The position numbers and the translations under genes were made by a program. A model generated the notes under the pieces. The model was not told the DNA's origin. It searched no databases and was given only the letters and a program-made list of their open reading frames with translations. Shown one piece after another: positions 9,667-19,091 of a DNA stretch of 25,199 nucleotides (position 1 is its first letter; each line of letters begins with the position of its first letter). The DNA comes from a virus (taxonomy: Duplodnaviria > Caudoviricetes). Location of the stretch: positions 1 to 25,199 of IMG/VR virus record IMGVR_UViG_3300025673_000019. One strand, given 5' to 3'.

Positions 9667-10250
9667 TGGCATTTCCAACATCACCTAAACCGCGCTCAAT
9701 TCGCATCAAATCCATTACGCCGAATATGGTGAGCGAAACCCATAGCATGAAACGACAAGTGCGTCAGCGTGGCGCACATCGTTGGTTAATTGAAGCGACT
9801 TACCCACCGATGACACGCGAACAATTCGCGCCTATCTGGGCGTTTGTTGTCGCACAAAAAGGGCAGTATTCAACATTCGATTATGTGCCAGAGGGTGTAT
9901 CCAGTTCATCGGGAAATCTTGTTGGCACATTAGTTTCTGGTGTTGCCAGTGCTGGTGCGTCAACTATTGCAAGCATTACAGGGTTGCAAAGTGGATTATT
10001 GAAAGCCGGTGATTTTATTAAGTTCTCAGAGCATGACAAAGTTTATATGCTGACGGCTGATATTGAAACGGATTCTGGTTTTTCAACTATCACTATCGAA
10101 CCACCGTTACTCAGTGCAGTTTCAACAGCCGATACGATTGTTAGCGAAAGTGTGCCGTTTAAGATGGCGTTGGCTCAAGACCAACAAGAAACTGGCATTG
10201 ATGTTAATTCTATGCACTCTTTTGACCTGTTTCTGATTGAGGTTTTGTAG
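9666..10250 (+). CDS. Distal tail protein, putative
   Basis: Directly after the tape measure gene with TAATG coupling; beta-rich. Confidence 0.7.
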   Translation: MAFPTSPKPRSIRIKSITPNMVSETHSMKRQVRQRGAHRWLIEATYPPMTREQFAPIWAFVVAQKGQYSTFDYVPEGVSSSSGNLVGTLVSGVASAGASTIASITGLQSGLLKAGDFIKFSEHDKVYMLTADIETDSGFSTITIEPPLLSAVSTADTIVSESVPFKMALAQDQQETGIDVNSMHSFDLFLIEVL

Positions 10251-10813
10251 TGGATAGAGATATTGACAGCGCAACGCTTGCTGAAATCAATGCTGACCAG
10301 TGTATCCCTGTTAATTTATTAGAAATTGAATGGGATGATACTTATACGCGCATCTGTGATTTCAATAGAGATATTACCCACGATGGCAACACCTATGTGG
10401 CGATGGGGCATTACTTAGGGTTTTCTGATATTGAGGAAACATCACAATTAATGACAGGCACATTAACAGGGTCATTATCTGGCGTGGATAAAACTTTTAT
10501 TGCCTTGTTCTTATCTGAGAAATATTTAGATAGACCTATTAATTTGTACAAAGGGTTTCTTGATTCAGCATTAACATTAGTCGCTGACCCGATTTTGATG
10601 TTTAGCGGTCGTATGCATAAACCAGTTATTCAAGAAAACCCTGATGATGGCACTTGTACATTGTCGATTGAAGCCGCAAGCCATTGGGTAGATTTTGAAA
10701 GACGTTCTGGCAGACACACCAACCACGCTGAACAACAAGTTTGGTTCGCTGGGGATTTGGGTTTTGAGTTCGCATCCGAAGTGATGAAAGATATTCCTTG
10801 GGGGCGTAAGTAA
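10250..10813 (+). CDS. Tail tip / hub protein (lambda gpL or DUF2163-like), putative
   Basis: 'DITHDGNTYVAMG' and 'EQQVWFAGDLGFEF...IPWGR' motifs plus synteny. GTG start. Confidence 0.7.
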   Translation: MDRDIDSATLAEINADQCIPVNLLEIEWDDTYTRICDFNRDITHDGNTYVAMGHYLGFSDIEETSQLMTGTLTGSLSGVDKTFIALFLSEKYLDRPINLYKGFLDSALTLVADPILMFSGRMHKPVIQENPDDGTCTLSIEAASHWVDFERRSGRHTNHAEQQVWFAGDLGFEFASEVMKDIPWGRK

Positions 10814-11214
10814 TGAAAACCACCGATGAAATATATCTCATCCAGCTTTTAGACAAGACTGCATTAACTGCTTTTAAATGGGGGCAAAATGATTGCAACA
10901 CCCTATGTGTTGAATGGGTTGACCGTGTGTGTGGAACGGATTATCTCAGTCGCATCAAGAATCATTATCAAACTAAAAAAGGGGCGGTGAGATTCTATCG
11001 CGGCTTTGTTGAGTGGATAACTGAACTAAAAGAATTAGGATGGCAAGAGGTTGATAAGCCGCAAACTGGCGACTTGGTTTTGCACCTTGATAAATCGTTT
11101 GTTTTTGCCCATGTCTTTGTCAGTGGCAAGATGTTTTCAGTTGACCCAGAAAAAGGGTTAGTGGCTGGTTTGCCTGTGCCAGATGTAGATTACAAAGTGA
11201 TGAGGTTTAACTGA
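10813..11214 (+). CDS. NlpC/P60-like tail tip assembly protein
   Basis: 'FKWGQNDC' Cys motif, 'PQTGDLV' and a downstream His. Precedes the central fibre gene. Confidence 0.75.
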   Translation: MKTTDEIYLIQLLDKTALTAFKWGQNDCNTLCVEWVDRVCGTDYLSRIKNHYQTKKGAVRFYRGFVEWITELKELGWQEVDKPQTGDLVLHLDKSFVFAHVFVSGKMFSVDPEKGLVAGLPVPDVDYKVMRFN

Positions 11215-13910
11215 TGCCACCGATTATTATACCTTTAGCGGCGACATTGGTTATCTATACTGGTATTTCTATTCCTTTAGCGGTTGCAATAGCAACAGTG
11301 GTGGTGGTTGGCTCAATCGGGATGGCTATTTTCAATTTAGCCAGCGCATTAACTGCCGACTTTGATGCACCTGATACTGGTCAAGGGTTGTTGATAAATA
11401 AAGCATCCAGTTCAGAACCGTTAAAGGTTATTTATGGTTATAGGCGTGTAGGTATAGTTCGTGTATTCGCTGAATCTGACGGCAAGAATAATAAATTTAT
11501 GCACTTGATTCTTGCTCTAGCAGAGGGTGAGATTGAGAGTATTGAAAATGTGTATTTCCACGACAAGCTATCCACTGATGAACAATTCACTGGCAAGTTT
11601 GAATTGTATAAGCATTTAGGGTCTGATACACAAGCCGCAGATGCGACATTAGTTGAACGGTTAGTGAGTTGGACAACCGCACATAAATTGTCTGGTGTGG
11701 CGTATTTGTATCTCCGTTTGGAATATGACCGCACAGCGTGGGCAAGTGGATTGCCGCCCATCACCGCAGATATTAAAGGCTTAAAAGTTTACGACCCACG
11801 CACCACCACAACAGCGTGGAGTGATAATCCAGTTCTGTGTGTACGCGATTACATGACTAATGCACGTTATGGACGCGGTATTCCAGAAAGCCAAATTGAT
11901 GACGCATCTTTTATTGTCGCGGCTAATTACTGTGATGAAATGGTTACAAAAGGTGGTTCAAGCCAAAAAAGATACACACTCAACGGCGTTATTAATGTTG
12001 AGAAAACACCCATGTCCATTGTCAGGAACATGATGACTTCCTGTCGCGGCATCTTAATCTTTTCTGGCGGCAAATATAAAGTCGTCATCGACAAACCCGA
12101 AACCGCATCATTCGTCTTTAATGAAGATAACATTGTTGGTAACTGGTCAATTTCGCTTGGCGATAAAACCAACACATTCAACCGCATCAAAGCTAAGATT
12201 TACAACAAAGACAGGTCTTGGCAAGATGATTATATAACGGTAGATTCACCTGACTTACGCGCACTTGATAACGGCTTAATGTTGCAACAAGACGCACAGT
12301 TACCATTCACCAGTGATGAGGTGACTGCGCGGCAAATAACGACTATTAATTTAAACCAATCGCGGCAACAAATATCGGTTCAGTTCTCAGCAACGATTCA
12401 AGGGATGCGAGCGGAAGTCGGCGATGTTGTCTATATCACGCATTCGACAACAGGTTGGTCAAATAAGAAATTCCGCATCACTGCTATTGCGATGAGCAAT
12501 GCTGATGATGTGTCGATTGTTGCCTTGGAATACGATGAAACGATTTATGATTTCGGCACAATTCCACTTATAGACGCAACGCCAAATACAAATTTTTATA
12601 ACCCATCTGTGGTTATACAACCGAGCGATTTAACGCTATCGGAAGAACTCTATTACACATCTAGCAGTTCTGGCGTTCATAGCAGATTGATTTTGCGATG
12701 GGTCAATAATGATGGGTTTGCATTGCAATATAATATTGAATATAAGTTGTCGGCAGATACAGATTATATTCCATTAGCTGTGGCGCAATCATCAGAATAC
12801 CGTATTGATGATGTTGCGGCTGGTGTGTACGATGTGCGCGTTAGAACCATGAACGACTCAGGTGCTACATCAGATTGGACTTATGATTCTTTCGGTGTTG
12901 TTGGTTTAACTGAAAAACCAGCCGACATAACTGGATTTAATATTCGGGCAATGGACGGCTCAGTGTATCTTGTTTGGGATGCCGTAACTGATATAGACGT
13001 AATTCATGGTGGCTATGTTCGTGTGCGTCACTCAGCATTGGTATCTAATGCAACGTGGGATGACGGCATTGATATTGGTACGAGGATAAGCGGTAATATA
13101 ACTAATACGGTTCTGCCATTACGCGCAGGCACTTACATGATGAAAGCGGTGGATTCATCAGGCAACTTTTCCAATGGTTATGCCGCATCTGTAACCACCG
13201 TTAAAAACATTCATGTCTTTAGCAACGCAGTTTCTACTTTAGAAAGCGCAACATTTTCTGGTGCTAAAACAAACTTAATTGTAGTGGGTAGTGTGATGCG
13301 TTTAGCAACATTATCTGCGAGCAACACAGGCACTTATTTATTCCAAAACAGTCTTGATTTAGGTGGTGTTTTCACATCACGCTTATTTGCTGAGTTTGAA
13401 TCATCATCTTATACCTCTGGCGACAACTTTGATTCCAGAGATACGCTGATAGACACATGGCGCAACTTTGATGGTGAGCAATCAGATTTGATTGATGCGA
13501 CAGTACAAGTCAGAACAACTAATGATGACCCCACTGGTTCACCCACTTGGTCAGAATGGATTGAATTAACCAGTGCAGATTTTAAAGCCAGAGCATACGA
13601 GGGTCGGGTTTTAGTTGAATCCACAACGGCTGATTTCAATATCGACATTACTTATTTAAAAGTGACTGTGGATATGCCAGATAGGGTTGAACGTGGCACA
13701 AGCATTAACTCAACCACATCAGGTATTGCGGTGACTTATACTGAGCCATTTTTCACAACGCCAACGGTTGGCATAACGGCTAATTCACACAATGGAAACT
13801 TTGTGATTTCAAGCTCGACAGGTACAGGGTTTACCGTGAACTTCTACGATGGTTCTGGCACAAGCACACCGCAGAACATTAACTTTAATTATCAAGCGAT
13901 AGGATACTAA
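11214..13910 (+). CDS. Central tail fibre / tip attachment protein (lambda J-like) with FN3-like domains
   Basis: 898 aa with 'PLKVIYGYRRVG', 'LAEGEIESI', 'WSDNPVLCVRDY' and FN3-like 'YDVRVRTMN...SDW'. Confidence 0.9.
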   Translation: MPPIIIPLAATLVIYTGISIPLAVAIATVVVVGSIGMAIFNLASALTADFDAPDTGQGLLINKASSSEPLKVIYGYRRVGIVRVFAESDGKNNKFMHLILALAEGEIESIENVYFHDKLSTDEQFTGKFELYKHLGSDTQAADATLVERLVSWTTAHKLSGVAYLYLRLEYDRTAWASGLPPITADIKGLKVYDPRTTTTAWSDNPVLCVRDYMTNARYGRGIPESQIDDASFIVAANYCDEMVTKGGSSQKRYTLNGVINVEKTPMSIVRNMMTSCRGILIFSGGKYKVVIDKPETASFVFNEDNIVGNWSISLGDKTNTFNRIKAKIYNKDRSWQDDYITVDSPDLRALDNGLMLQQDAQLPFTSDEVTARQITTINLNQSRQQISVQFSATIQGMRAEVGDVVYITHSTTGWSNKKFRITAIAMSNADDVSIVALEYDETIYDFGTIPLIDATPNTNFYNPSVVIQPSDLTLSEELYYTSSSSGVHSRLILRWVNNDGFALQYNIEYKLSADTDYIPLAVAQSSEYRIDDVAAGVYDVRVRTMNDSGATSDWTYDSFGVVGLTEKPADITGFNIRAMDGSVYLVWDAVTDIDVIHGGYVRVRHSALVSNATWDDGIDIGTRISGNITNTVLPLRAGTYMMKAVDSSGNFSNGYAASVTTVKNIHVFSNAVSTLESATFSGAKTNLIVVGSVMRLATLSASNTGTYLFQNSLDLGGVFTSRLFAEFESSSYTSGDNFDSRDTLIDTWRNFDGEQSDLIDATVQVRTTNDDPTGSPTWSEWIELTSADFKARAYEGRVLVESTTADFNIDITYLKVTVDMPDRVERGTSINSTTSGIAVTYTEPFFTTPTVGITANSHNGNFVISSSTGTGFTVNFYDGSGTSTPQNINFNYQAIGY

Positions 13911-13911
13911 T

Positions 13912-14664
13912 ATGAGTCAGGCTACTGATTATGCCATTGCAAATGCCACAGGGTCGGGCGTTCGGGCTGATGTCAATTCTGTGCTGTCGGCAATCGTCAC
14001 AAAGAATTCAGGCACAGCAGAACCATCTTCCACTTACAGTTATATGTGGTGGGCAGATACAACCGCTAACAAGCTAAAAATCCGCGATGGTGCGAATACA
14101 TCATGGCTGGTTATTGGCGACTTAGATGCGGCTAATTTTAACTTAACTGATGCTTTTTCTAACGTGACCTCTGCAGTTACACTGACTGACGCACAGTTAA
14201 ATAATACCGTGTACTTGGTAAGTGGTACTAAGATGGTTTTCTATGAAGCAACGCCACCGACAGGATGGACGCAAGTTACGACCCACAACGACAAAGCATT
14301 AAGAGTTGTTGCTGGCATTGGTGGTGGTTCTGGTGGCACAACTGGATTTGCTAATGGGAATGGCGCATTTACACATACACATTCAGATAGTTTTTCTATT
14401 AGTAGTCATGTGTTGACTGAAAATGAAATGCCTGTGCATAAGCATTACTCTTTCGGTAACGCTAATGCGGCATGGGTTGCTGGCACTATGCCAAATTACA
14501 GCAATAATATGGGCGCAACAGGTGGCGAAGATTACGATAATTATTACTACGGCACAAGCGACACAGGTGGTGGTGCTGGTCACGTTCATGGGGTTTTGGG
14601 TTCAGTTTCATCCACAACCATATCCCCTGCTTATGTAGATATTATTATTTGTTCTAAATCATAA
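13912..14664 (+). CDS. Short tail fibre with collar-like segment and HxH needle motifs
   Basis: N-terminal attachment motif 'VRADVNSVL...WWADTT', collar-like 'GTKMVFYEATPPTGW', then HTH, HKH and HVH, ending 'PAYVDIIICSK'. Confidence 0.8.
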   Translation: MSQATDYAIANATGSGVRADVNSVLSAIVTKNSGTAEPSSTYSYMWWADTTANKLKIRDGANTSWLVIGDLDAANFNLTDAFSNVTSAVTLTDAQLNNTVYLVSGTKMVFYEATPPTGWTQVTTHNDKALRVVAGIGGGSGGTTGFANGNGAFTHTHSDSFSISSHVLTENEMPVHKHYSFGNANAAWVAGTMPNYSNNMGATGGEDYDNYYYGTSDTGGGAGHVHGVLGSVSSTTISPAYVDIIICSKS

Positions 14665-14963
14665 TGGAAATAAATTTAACTTGCCCATTGGGTTCAACGT
14701 GCGAAGAAATCAAAGATAACAAGATGCACCGATGCGCGTGGTACACACAAATTCAAGGTAAGAACCCACAATCAGAAGAAGTGATTGATGAATGGCGTTG
14801 TGCCATTGCGTTCATGCCGATGTTGCAAGTTGAAATGTCGCAGACTAATCGCGGACAAACCAACGCGATTGCATCGTTTAGAGATGAAATGATTAAGGGG
14901 AATAATCAAATGTTAGCGGTTCAATCAGCACGAATGATGATAGGGGAAACTAATGGCGTTTGA
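14664..14963 (+). CDS. Cys-rich hypothetical protein coupled to the fibre gene
   Basis: TAATG coupling. CPLGSTC...RCAW...WRCA followed by a C-terminal helix. Confidence 0.75.
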   Translation: MEINLTCPLGSTCEEIKDNKMHRCAWYTQIQGKNPQSEEVIDEWRCAIAFMPMLQVEMSQTNRGQTNAIASFRDEMIKGNNQMLAVQSARMMIGETNGV

Positions 14964-15117
14964 GGGTTTTTTAGATGCTGAGATAAGAGTTAGCTTATCG
15001 CTAACTGCAACGCCAGCGATTAATGATACAACGGTATTGGATGTTTATGATTACTTCAAAACCGAGGACAACATTAACTTTTTAGTAACTGAATCAAGCG
15101 AATATTTAGCGGTGTAA
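14953..15117 (+). CDS. Small acidic hypothetical protein (54 aa), absent from the ORF track
   Basis: MAFEGFLDAEIRVSLSLTATPAINDTTVLDVYDYFKTEDNINFLVTESSEYLAV*. GGGGA SD; ends 2 nt before the next ATG. Confidence 0.7.
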   Translation: MAFEGFLDAEIRVSLSLTATPAINDTTVLDVYDYFKTEDNINFLVTESSEYLAV

Positions 15118-15119
15118 TT

Positions 15120-15437
15120 ATGGCAGACATTTATTTATCAAACGACAATTTATTAAGCGTATCTAGTTTACGCAACTCATCATCTGGCTCATTTATGAAT
15201 AACGCCACTGTGACCGCTACGTTAAAAGATACTGGCGGCACAAATGTATCTGGGCAGACTTTCCCTGTCACGCTTTCATACATAGCTGATTCTGATGGCA
15301 ACTATCAAATGACTTTAGATAATGCATTATCAATGGTCGAAGATACAACTTACATTGCTACTATAACGGCAACCGCGTCATCTGGCTTATATGCCGAATG
15401 GGAAATGACACTAACGGCTAAAAAGAGGACTGCGTAA
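15120..15437 (+). CDS. Small beta-sandwich virion protein, possible fibre anchor
   Basis: Thr/Ser-rich with an Ig-like alternating pattern ('ATVTATLKD', 'DGNYQMTL'). Lies in the fibre region. Confidence 0.55.
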   Translation: MADIYLSNDNLLSVSSLRNSSSGSFMNNATVTATLKDTGGTNVSGQTFPVTLSYIADSDGNYQMTLDNALSMVEDTTYIATITATASSGLYAEWEMTLTAKKRTA

Positions 15438-16525
15438 TGGCTGATAAAAAATTAAGTGAACTGACCGAAACAACAACTGGTTCAGACACCATGCAACTTT
15501 TTGTGAATGACGCTGGTGTTAGCAAGAGAATAACGCGCGGCAATTTAATCTCTGGCGCGGTGTCTGCGGCAACAACAACGTATTCAATTAAAGCTGGAAC
15601 ACAGATTGGCGGTGCTGGACTTGAACTAGATGCTGGCGGTGCTGGCACTGGAACGGATACCATAAAGCTAATGGAAAGTGGTTCTGCAACAGTAACCAGA
15701 ACTGATGCGGATACCATTACGATTGGCGCGACTAATACAACGTATGTTGATGCAACCACAAGTGTTGCTGGGTTAATGTCAACATCAGATAAAACCAAGA
15801 TTGATGGAGTGGCAACCAGTGCTAATGACTACACCCACCCCAATCACTCTGGCGATATAGTTTCTGCGGCTGATGGAGCAACAACCATCCAAACTGGCGC
15901 AGTAGACATTGCAATGCTATCTGCAACAGGAACAGCGTCAGGCACAACTTTCTTACGGGGAGATAATACTTGGGTTGTTCCAACAGACACTAACACAGAC
16001 ACCAAGTGGGATGGTGGTACAACTGGTTTAACTGCGGCAACTGGTCGCACATCATTGGGTCTTGGAACTGCGGCAACATCTGCGGCAACGGCTTTTGAAA
16101 CTGCTGATACAGACATATCTAAAACAGACGTAGCTGAAACACGCACAGCATCAATCAACATGGCAGACAATGTGTTGCAAAAACCAGAGTTAAAAGACTA
16201 CGCTGAAACGGTTAATGCTATTGGTTCAATTGGTGGTGGCACACAGGACATTAACTTAGAATTGGGTAACGTAGTCACGGCAACGGTAGACACTTCAACC
16301 ACAACTTTCACCTTTTCGGGTATGCCAGCAACAGGGAAAGGTGGTGCGTTCACATTGATATTAACCAATGGTGCTTCACAAACGGTAAACTTTCCACTCA
16401 CTGTAGATTGGGCGGCTGGAACAGCACCAACGCTCACCACTGCTGGGATAGACGTACTGACTTTTACCACAGTGGACGGTGGCACGATTTGGTATGGTAT
16501 TGCATCAGGGCTGGCGATGGCATGA
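15437..16525 (+). CDS. Second fibre protein
   Basis: GAGGA SD. 'MADKKLSEL' N-terminus, fibre motifs 'ATTSVAGLMSTSDKTKIDG' and 'GRTSLGLGTAAT', and a C-terminal beta domain ending 'DGGTIWYG'. Confidence 0.8.
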   Translation: MADKKLSELTETTTGSDTMQLFVNDAGVSKRITRGNLISGAVSAATTTYSIKAGTQIGGAGLELDAGGAGTGTDTIKLMESGSATVTRTDADTITIGATNTTYVDATTSVAGLMSTSDKTKIDGVATSANDYTHPNHSGDIVSAADGATTIQTGAVDIAMLSATGTASGTTFLRGDNTWVVPTDTNTDTKWDGGTTGLTAATGRTSLGLGTAATSAATAFETADTDISKTDVAETRTASINMADNVLQKPELKDYAETVNAIGSIGGGTQDINLELGNVVTATVDTSTTTFTFSGMPATGKGGAFTLILTNGASQTVNFPLTVDWAAGTAPTLTTAGIDVLTFTTVDGGTIWYGIASGLAMA

Positions 16526-18618
16526 GTATAGAAAAGAAATTACTGGGTACGACACCTGTATCTGGTGCGGTAGACCCAGAGGGTGTTAGCTTTGACGGGA
16601 CTAATGATTATCTGAGTCGGAGTTCTGACCTCACGGGTAATGCTGATGGAAAGACTTTTACGTTTAGTGCTTGGGTGTATGGTACTGGGGGAGGAACTAT
16701 ATATCATAGTGGAGGGGCTGGGTTTACCGATGGTATAAGTATTCATTTTGAAGCAAGTGGTGAGCTAAATATTAAGATGGATAACCCATCAGGTTCTACA
16801 GTTTTTAGTGTAGAGCATGGGGGTGCTATGCCTTTAAATACTTGGAATCATCTACTCATATCGTGTGATATGTCATCCACTTCAAATAGACATATTTATG
16901 TATCTGATGCGGCATTAGGGAATAGCTACTTAACTTACACAAATTCAGATATAGATTTCACATCAACTGACCATTCTGTCAATAAACTGAACAAAATCAA
17001 AGGCAGACTAGCACACGTTTTCCTAGACTACACCTACCGTGACCTATCTACAGAATCTAACCGCAGATTGTTCATAGACGCAGACGGCAAGCCATCAAGC
17101 ACCATCCCATCAAGTCCTATTCTATACCTACCCATGACTGATGCGGCTACGGCTGGGTCGAACTCTGGAACGGGTGGTGACTTCACGGTGAATGGGGTAC
17201 TGGATACTGCTGGTCGTGCGCCTAATCAAGACAATTGTAGTGCGAGTGTGTTTGATGGGTCGAATGATTATTTATCGGGTAGTCCGTCTGGAATGGTGGA
17301 TGGAGGTATCTTTTCTGGGAGCGTTGTGGTTAACCCCAGAGTATTCTCTTTTCAAGGTCACGTTATAAAGTCAACCAGTGAAAGATGGGGACTACGTTTC
17401 TATGGCTCAACAAGTTGTGAGATTACGGGATACACATCAGGTGCTGTGAAAATACTTGATTGTCAGGTTGATAATATAGTTGCCGGTAGGATATTACATA
17501 TCAGTTTCAGTTTTGATTTATCCGACACAGGTAAACGCCACTTATTCGTAAATGGTGTTGATGCTTCCCCCGCGTACAGTGTTTATACCGCAGGGAATAT
17601 TGATTTTACCAACAACCCTGTAGGGGTGGGAGCAAGACCCACTGCCGTAGAGTTTTTAGAGGGTGATATAGGAGAACTCTACTTCGACACATCCTACATA
17701 GACCTAGCAACAGACAACCCATTCTGGGATGCAGACGCTAACCGACCTAAACCAGTTCGACAAGTTATCTCAGAAACAGGAACAACTCCACTGATTGCAT
17801 TACCACTGCAAGGTAATGATGCTGGGAATAATCTAGGTAGCGGTGGTGACTTTACTGTCAACTCTGGTCCATACACAGGGGCGAGGGGTGGGAGTGAGTT
17901 TTGGGCGAGGAGTGCTGATTTTAATGGGAGTAATGGGTATTTAAGTCGGAGTAGTGCGCTGACAGGTTCTAGTGATGGAAAGCAAGTTACATTGGTATTT
18001 GCTTTTAGTGGGACATCTAATAAGTATATTATTGATTTAGAAGACGCAACTGGAACAACCTCCACAACCCGTTTTGGTGTCTGGGCGCATTACACCAACA
18101 ATAAAATATTTGTAGATGCTTACAATGGCTCAGAAACGAGGATTTTAGATTTCGATTTTGGTACAACACTAAACACTAATCAGACATATATCGTGATGAT
18201 TAGTATTGACATGAGTAACACATCTAAGCGTCACACCTATATTGATGGAGCATCTGAAAGCGCAACATATACAACGTACACTAATGATACTCTAAAACTC
18301 ACTCAAACCAATACGGGAATAGGGGCAAGACTAGACGCAAGCCTTCCAGGGAGCTACTGGAATGGAGATATAGGTTTTATGTACTTCAATAATTCTTACA
18401 TAGACTTCTCCCAAGAATCCAACCGCAATCTATTCGTAGACCAGTTAGGTTATCCAAAAGATTTAACCCCAGCAATTGAAGCTGCCACTATCGCAGACCC
18501 ACTCATCTACATGAAGTTCGATGACACCAGTGCCTTGGGTACTAACTCAGGGACGGGTGGCAACTTTACAGTCAACGGCACAGTAACCGCTGGTGCTGAT
18601 GTAGACCCTAACGCATAG
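16522..18618 (+). CDS. Putative receptor-binding adhesin with three tandem LamG/concanavalin A-like domains (698 aa)
   Basis: ATGA overlap gives start 16522. Three repeats begin FDGTNDYL, FDGSNDYL and FNGSNGYL and end N(S/L)G(T/S)GG(D/N)FTVN. 'FTFSAWV' and 'LNTWNHL' are LamG-like. Confidence 0.8.
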   Translation: MSIEKKLLGTTPVSGAVDPEGVSFDGTNDYLSRSSDLTGNADGKTFTFSAWVYGTGGGTIYHSGGAGFTDGISIHFEASGELNIKMDNPSGSTVFSVEHGGAMPLNTWNHLLISCDMSSTSNRHIYVSDAALGNSYLTYTNSDIDFTSTDHSVNKLNKIKGRLAHVFLDYTYRDLSTESNRRLFIDADGKPSSTIPSSPILYLPMTDAATAGSNSGTGGDFTVNGVLDTAGRAPNQDNCSASVFDGSNDYLSGSPSGMVDGGIFSGSVVVNPRVFSFQGHVIKSTSERWGLRFYGSTSCEITGYTSGAVKILDCQVDNIVAGRILHISFSFDLSDTGKRHLFVNGVDASPAYSVYTAGNIDFTNNPVGVGARPTAVEFLEGDIGELYFDTSYIDLATDNPFWDADANRPKPVRQVISETGTTPLIALPLQGNDAGNNLGSGGDFTVNSGPYTGARGGSEFWARSADFNGSNGYLSRSSALTGSSDGKQVTLVFAFSGTSNKYIIDLEDATGTTSTTRFGVWAHYTNNKIFVDAYNGSETRILDFDFGTTLNTNQTYIVMISIDMSNTSKRHTYIDGASESATYTTYTNDTLKLTQTNTGIGARLDASLPGSYWNGDIGFMYFNNSYIDFSQESNRNLFVDQLGYPKDLTPAIEAATIADPLIYMKFDDTSALGTNSGTGGNFTVNGTVTAGADVDPNA
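16591..18579 (+). repeat. Three intragenic domain repeats of about 220 codons
   Basis: The repeat-opening Phe codons are at 16591, 17251 and 17920 (spacing 660 and 669 nt). Flanks are conserved and cores divergent. Confidence 0.9.
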
Positions 18619-18638
18619 CAGACAAAGGAGAAATAACA

Positions 18639-19088
18639 ATGCTATATCTAAAAGCAATCAACAACGTAGTAGAGCAATATCCATACTCACTAGGTCAGTT
18701 GAGAAAAGACAATTCAAATACATCGTTTCCAAGACAGCCGAGTTTAGCTGACCTTGCTGAGTTCGATGTATACCCCGTAACCGAAGTAACACCCACGCTT
18801 GCTGACGGTGAGAAGTTAGTCAAAGTCTGGACACCAACCCTAGTATCGGGCGAGTGGGTACTGCCACACCAAGCAGTCGCTAAGACCACAGAGGATTTAG
18901 CAACAGAGTCAGAAGTCGCATGGGCGAATCTTAGAGAACAGAGAGATAAGCTACTCGCTGAAACCGATTGGACTGCATCGACAGATGTGACCATGTCGGC
19001 TGAGATGACAGAATACCGAAAGTTACTCAGGGATTTGCCAGCTAATACAGCAGATGTATTTAATCCTGTGTATCCTGAGAAACCTTAA
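18639..19088 (+). CDS. Tail fibre assembly chaperone
   Basis: AAGGAG SD. 'WANLREQRDKLLAETDWT...YRKLLRDLP...YPEKP' is the typical fibre-assembly chaperone motif. Confidence 0.85.
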   Translation: MLYLKAINNVVEQYPYSLGQLRKDNSNTSFPRQPSLADLAEFDVYPVTEVTPTLADGEKLVKVWTPTLVSGEWVLPHQAVAKTTEDLATESEVAWANLREQRDKLLAETDWTASTDVTMSAEMTEYRKLLRDLPANTADVFNPVYPEKP

Positions 19089-19091
19089 TCT

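Noticed and set aside
16408-16521. Longer start for the adhesin given by the ORF track
   Set aside because: It overlaps the fibre gene by over 100 nt, whereas ATG 16522 gives ATGA coupling. On similar SD/overlap grounds I shortened the starts at 3024, 3892, 4175, 19936, 24641 and 25116.
16522-18618. Diversity-generating retroelement or shufflon acting on the adhesin
   Set aside because: No reverse transcriptase, no near-identical template/variable pair differing at adenines, and no inverted cassettes in the window. The recombinase is explained by the dusA attP.
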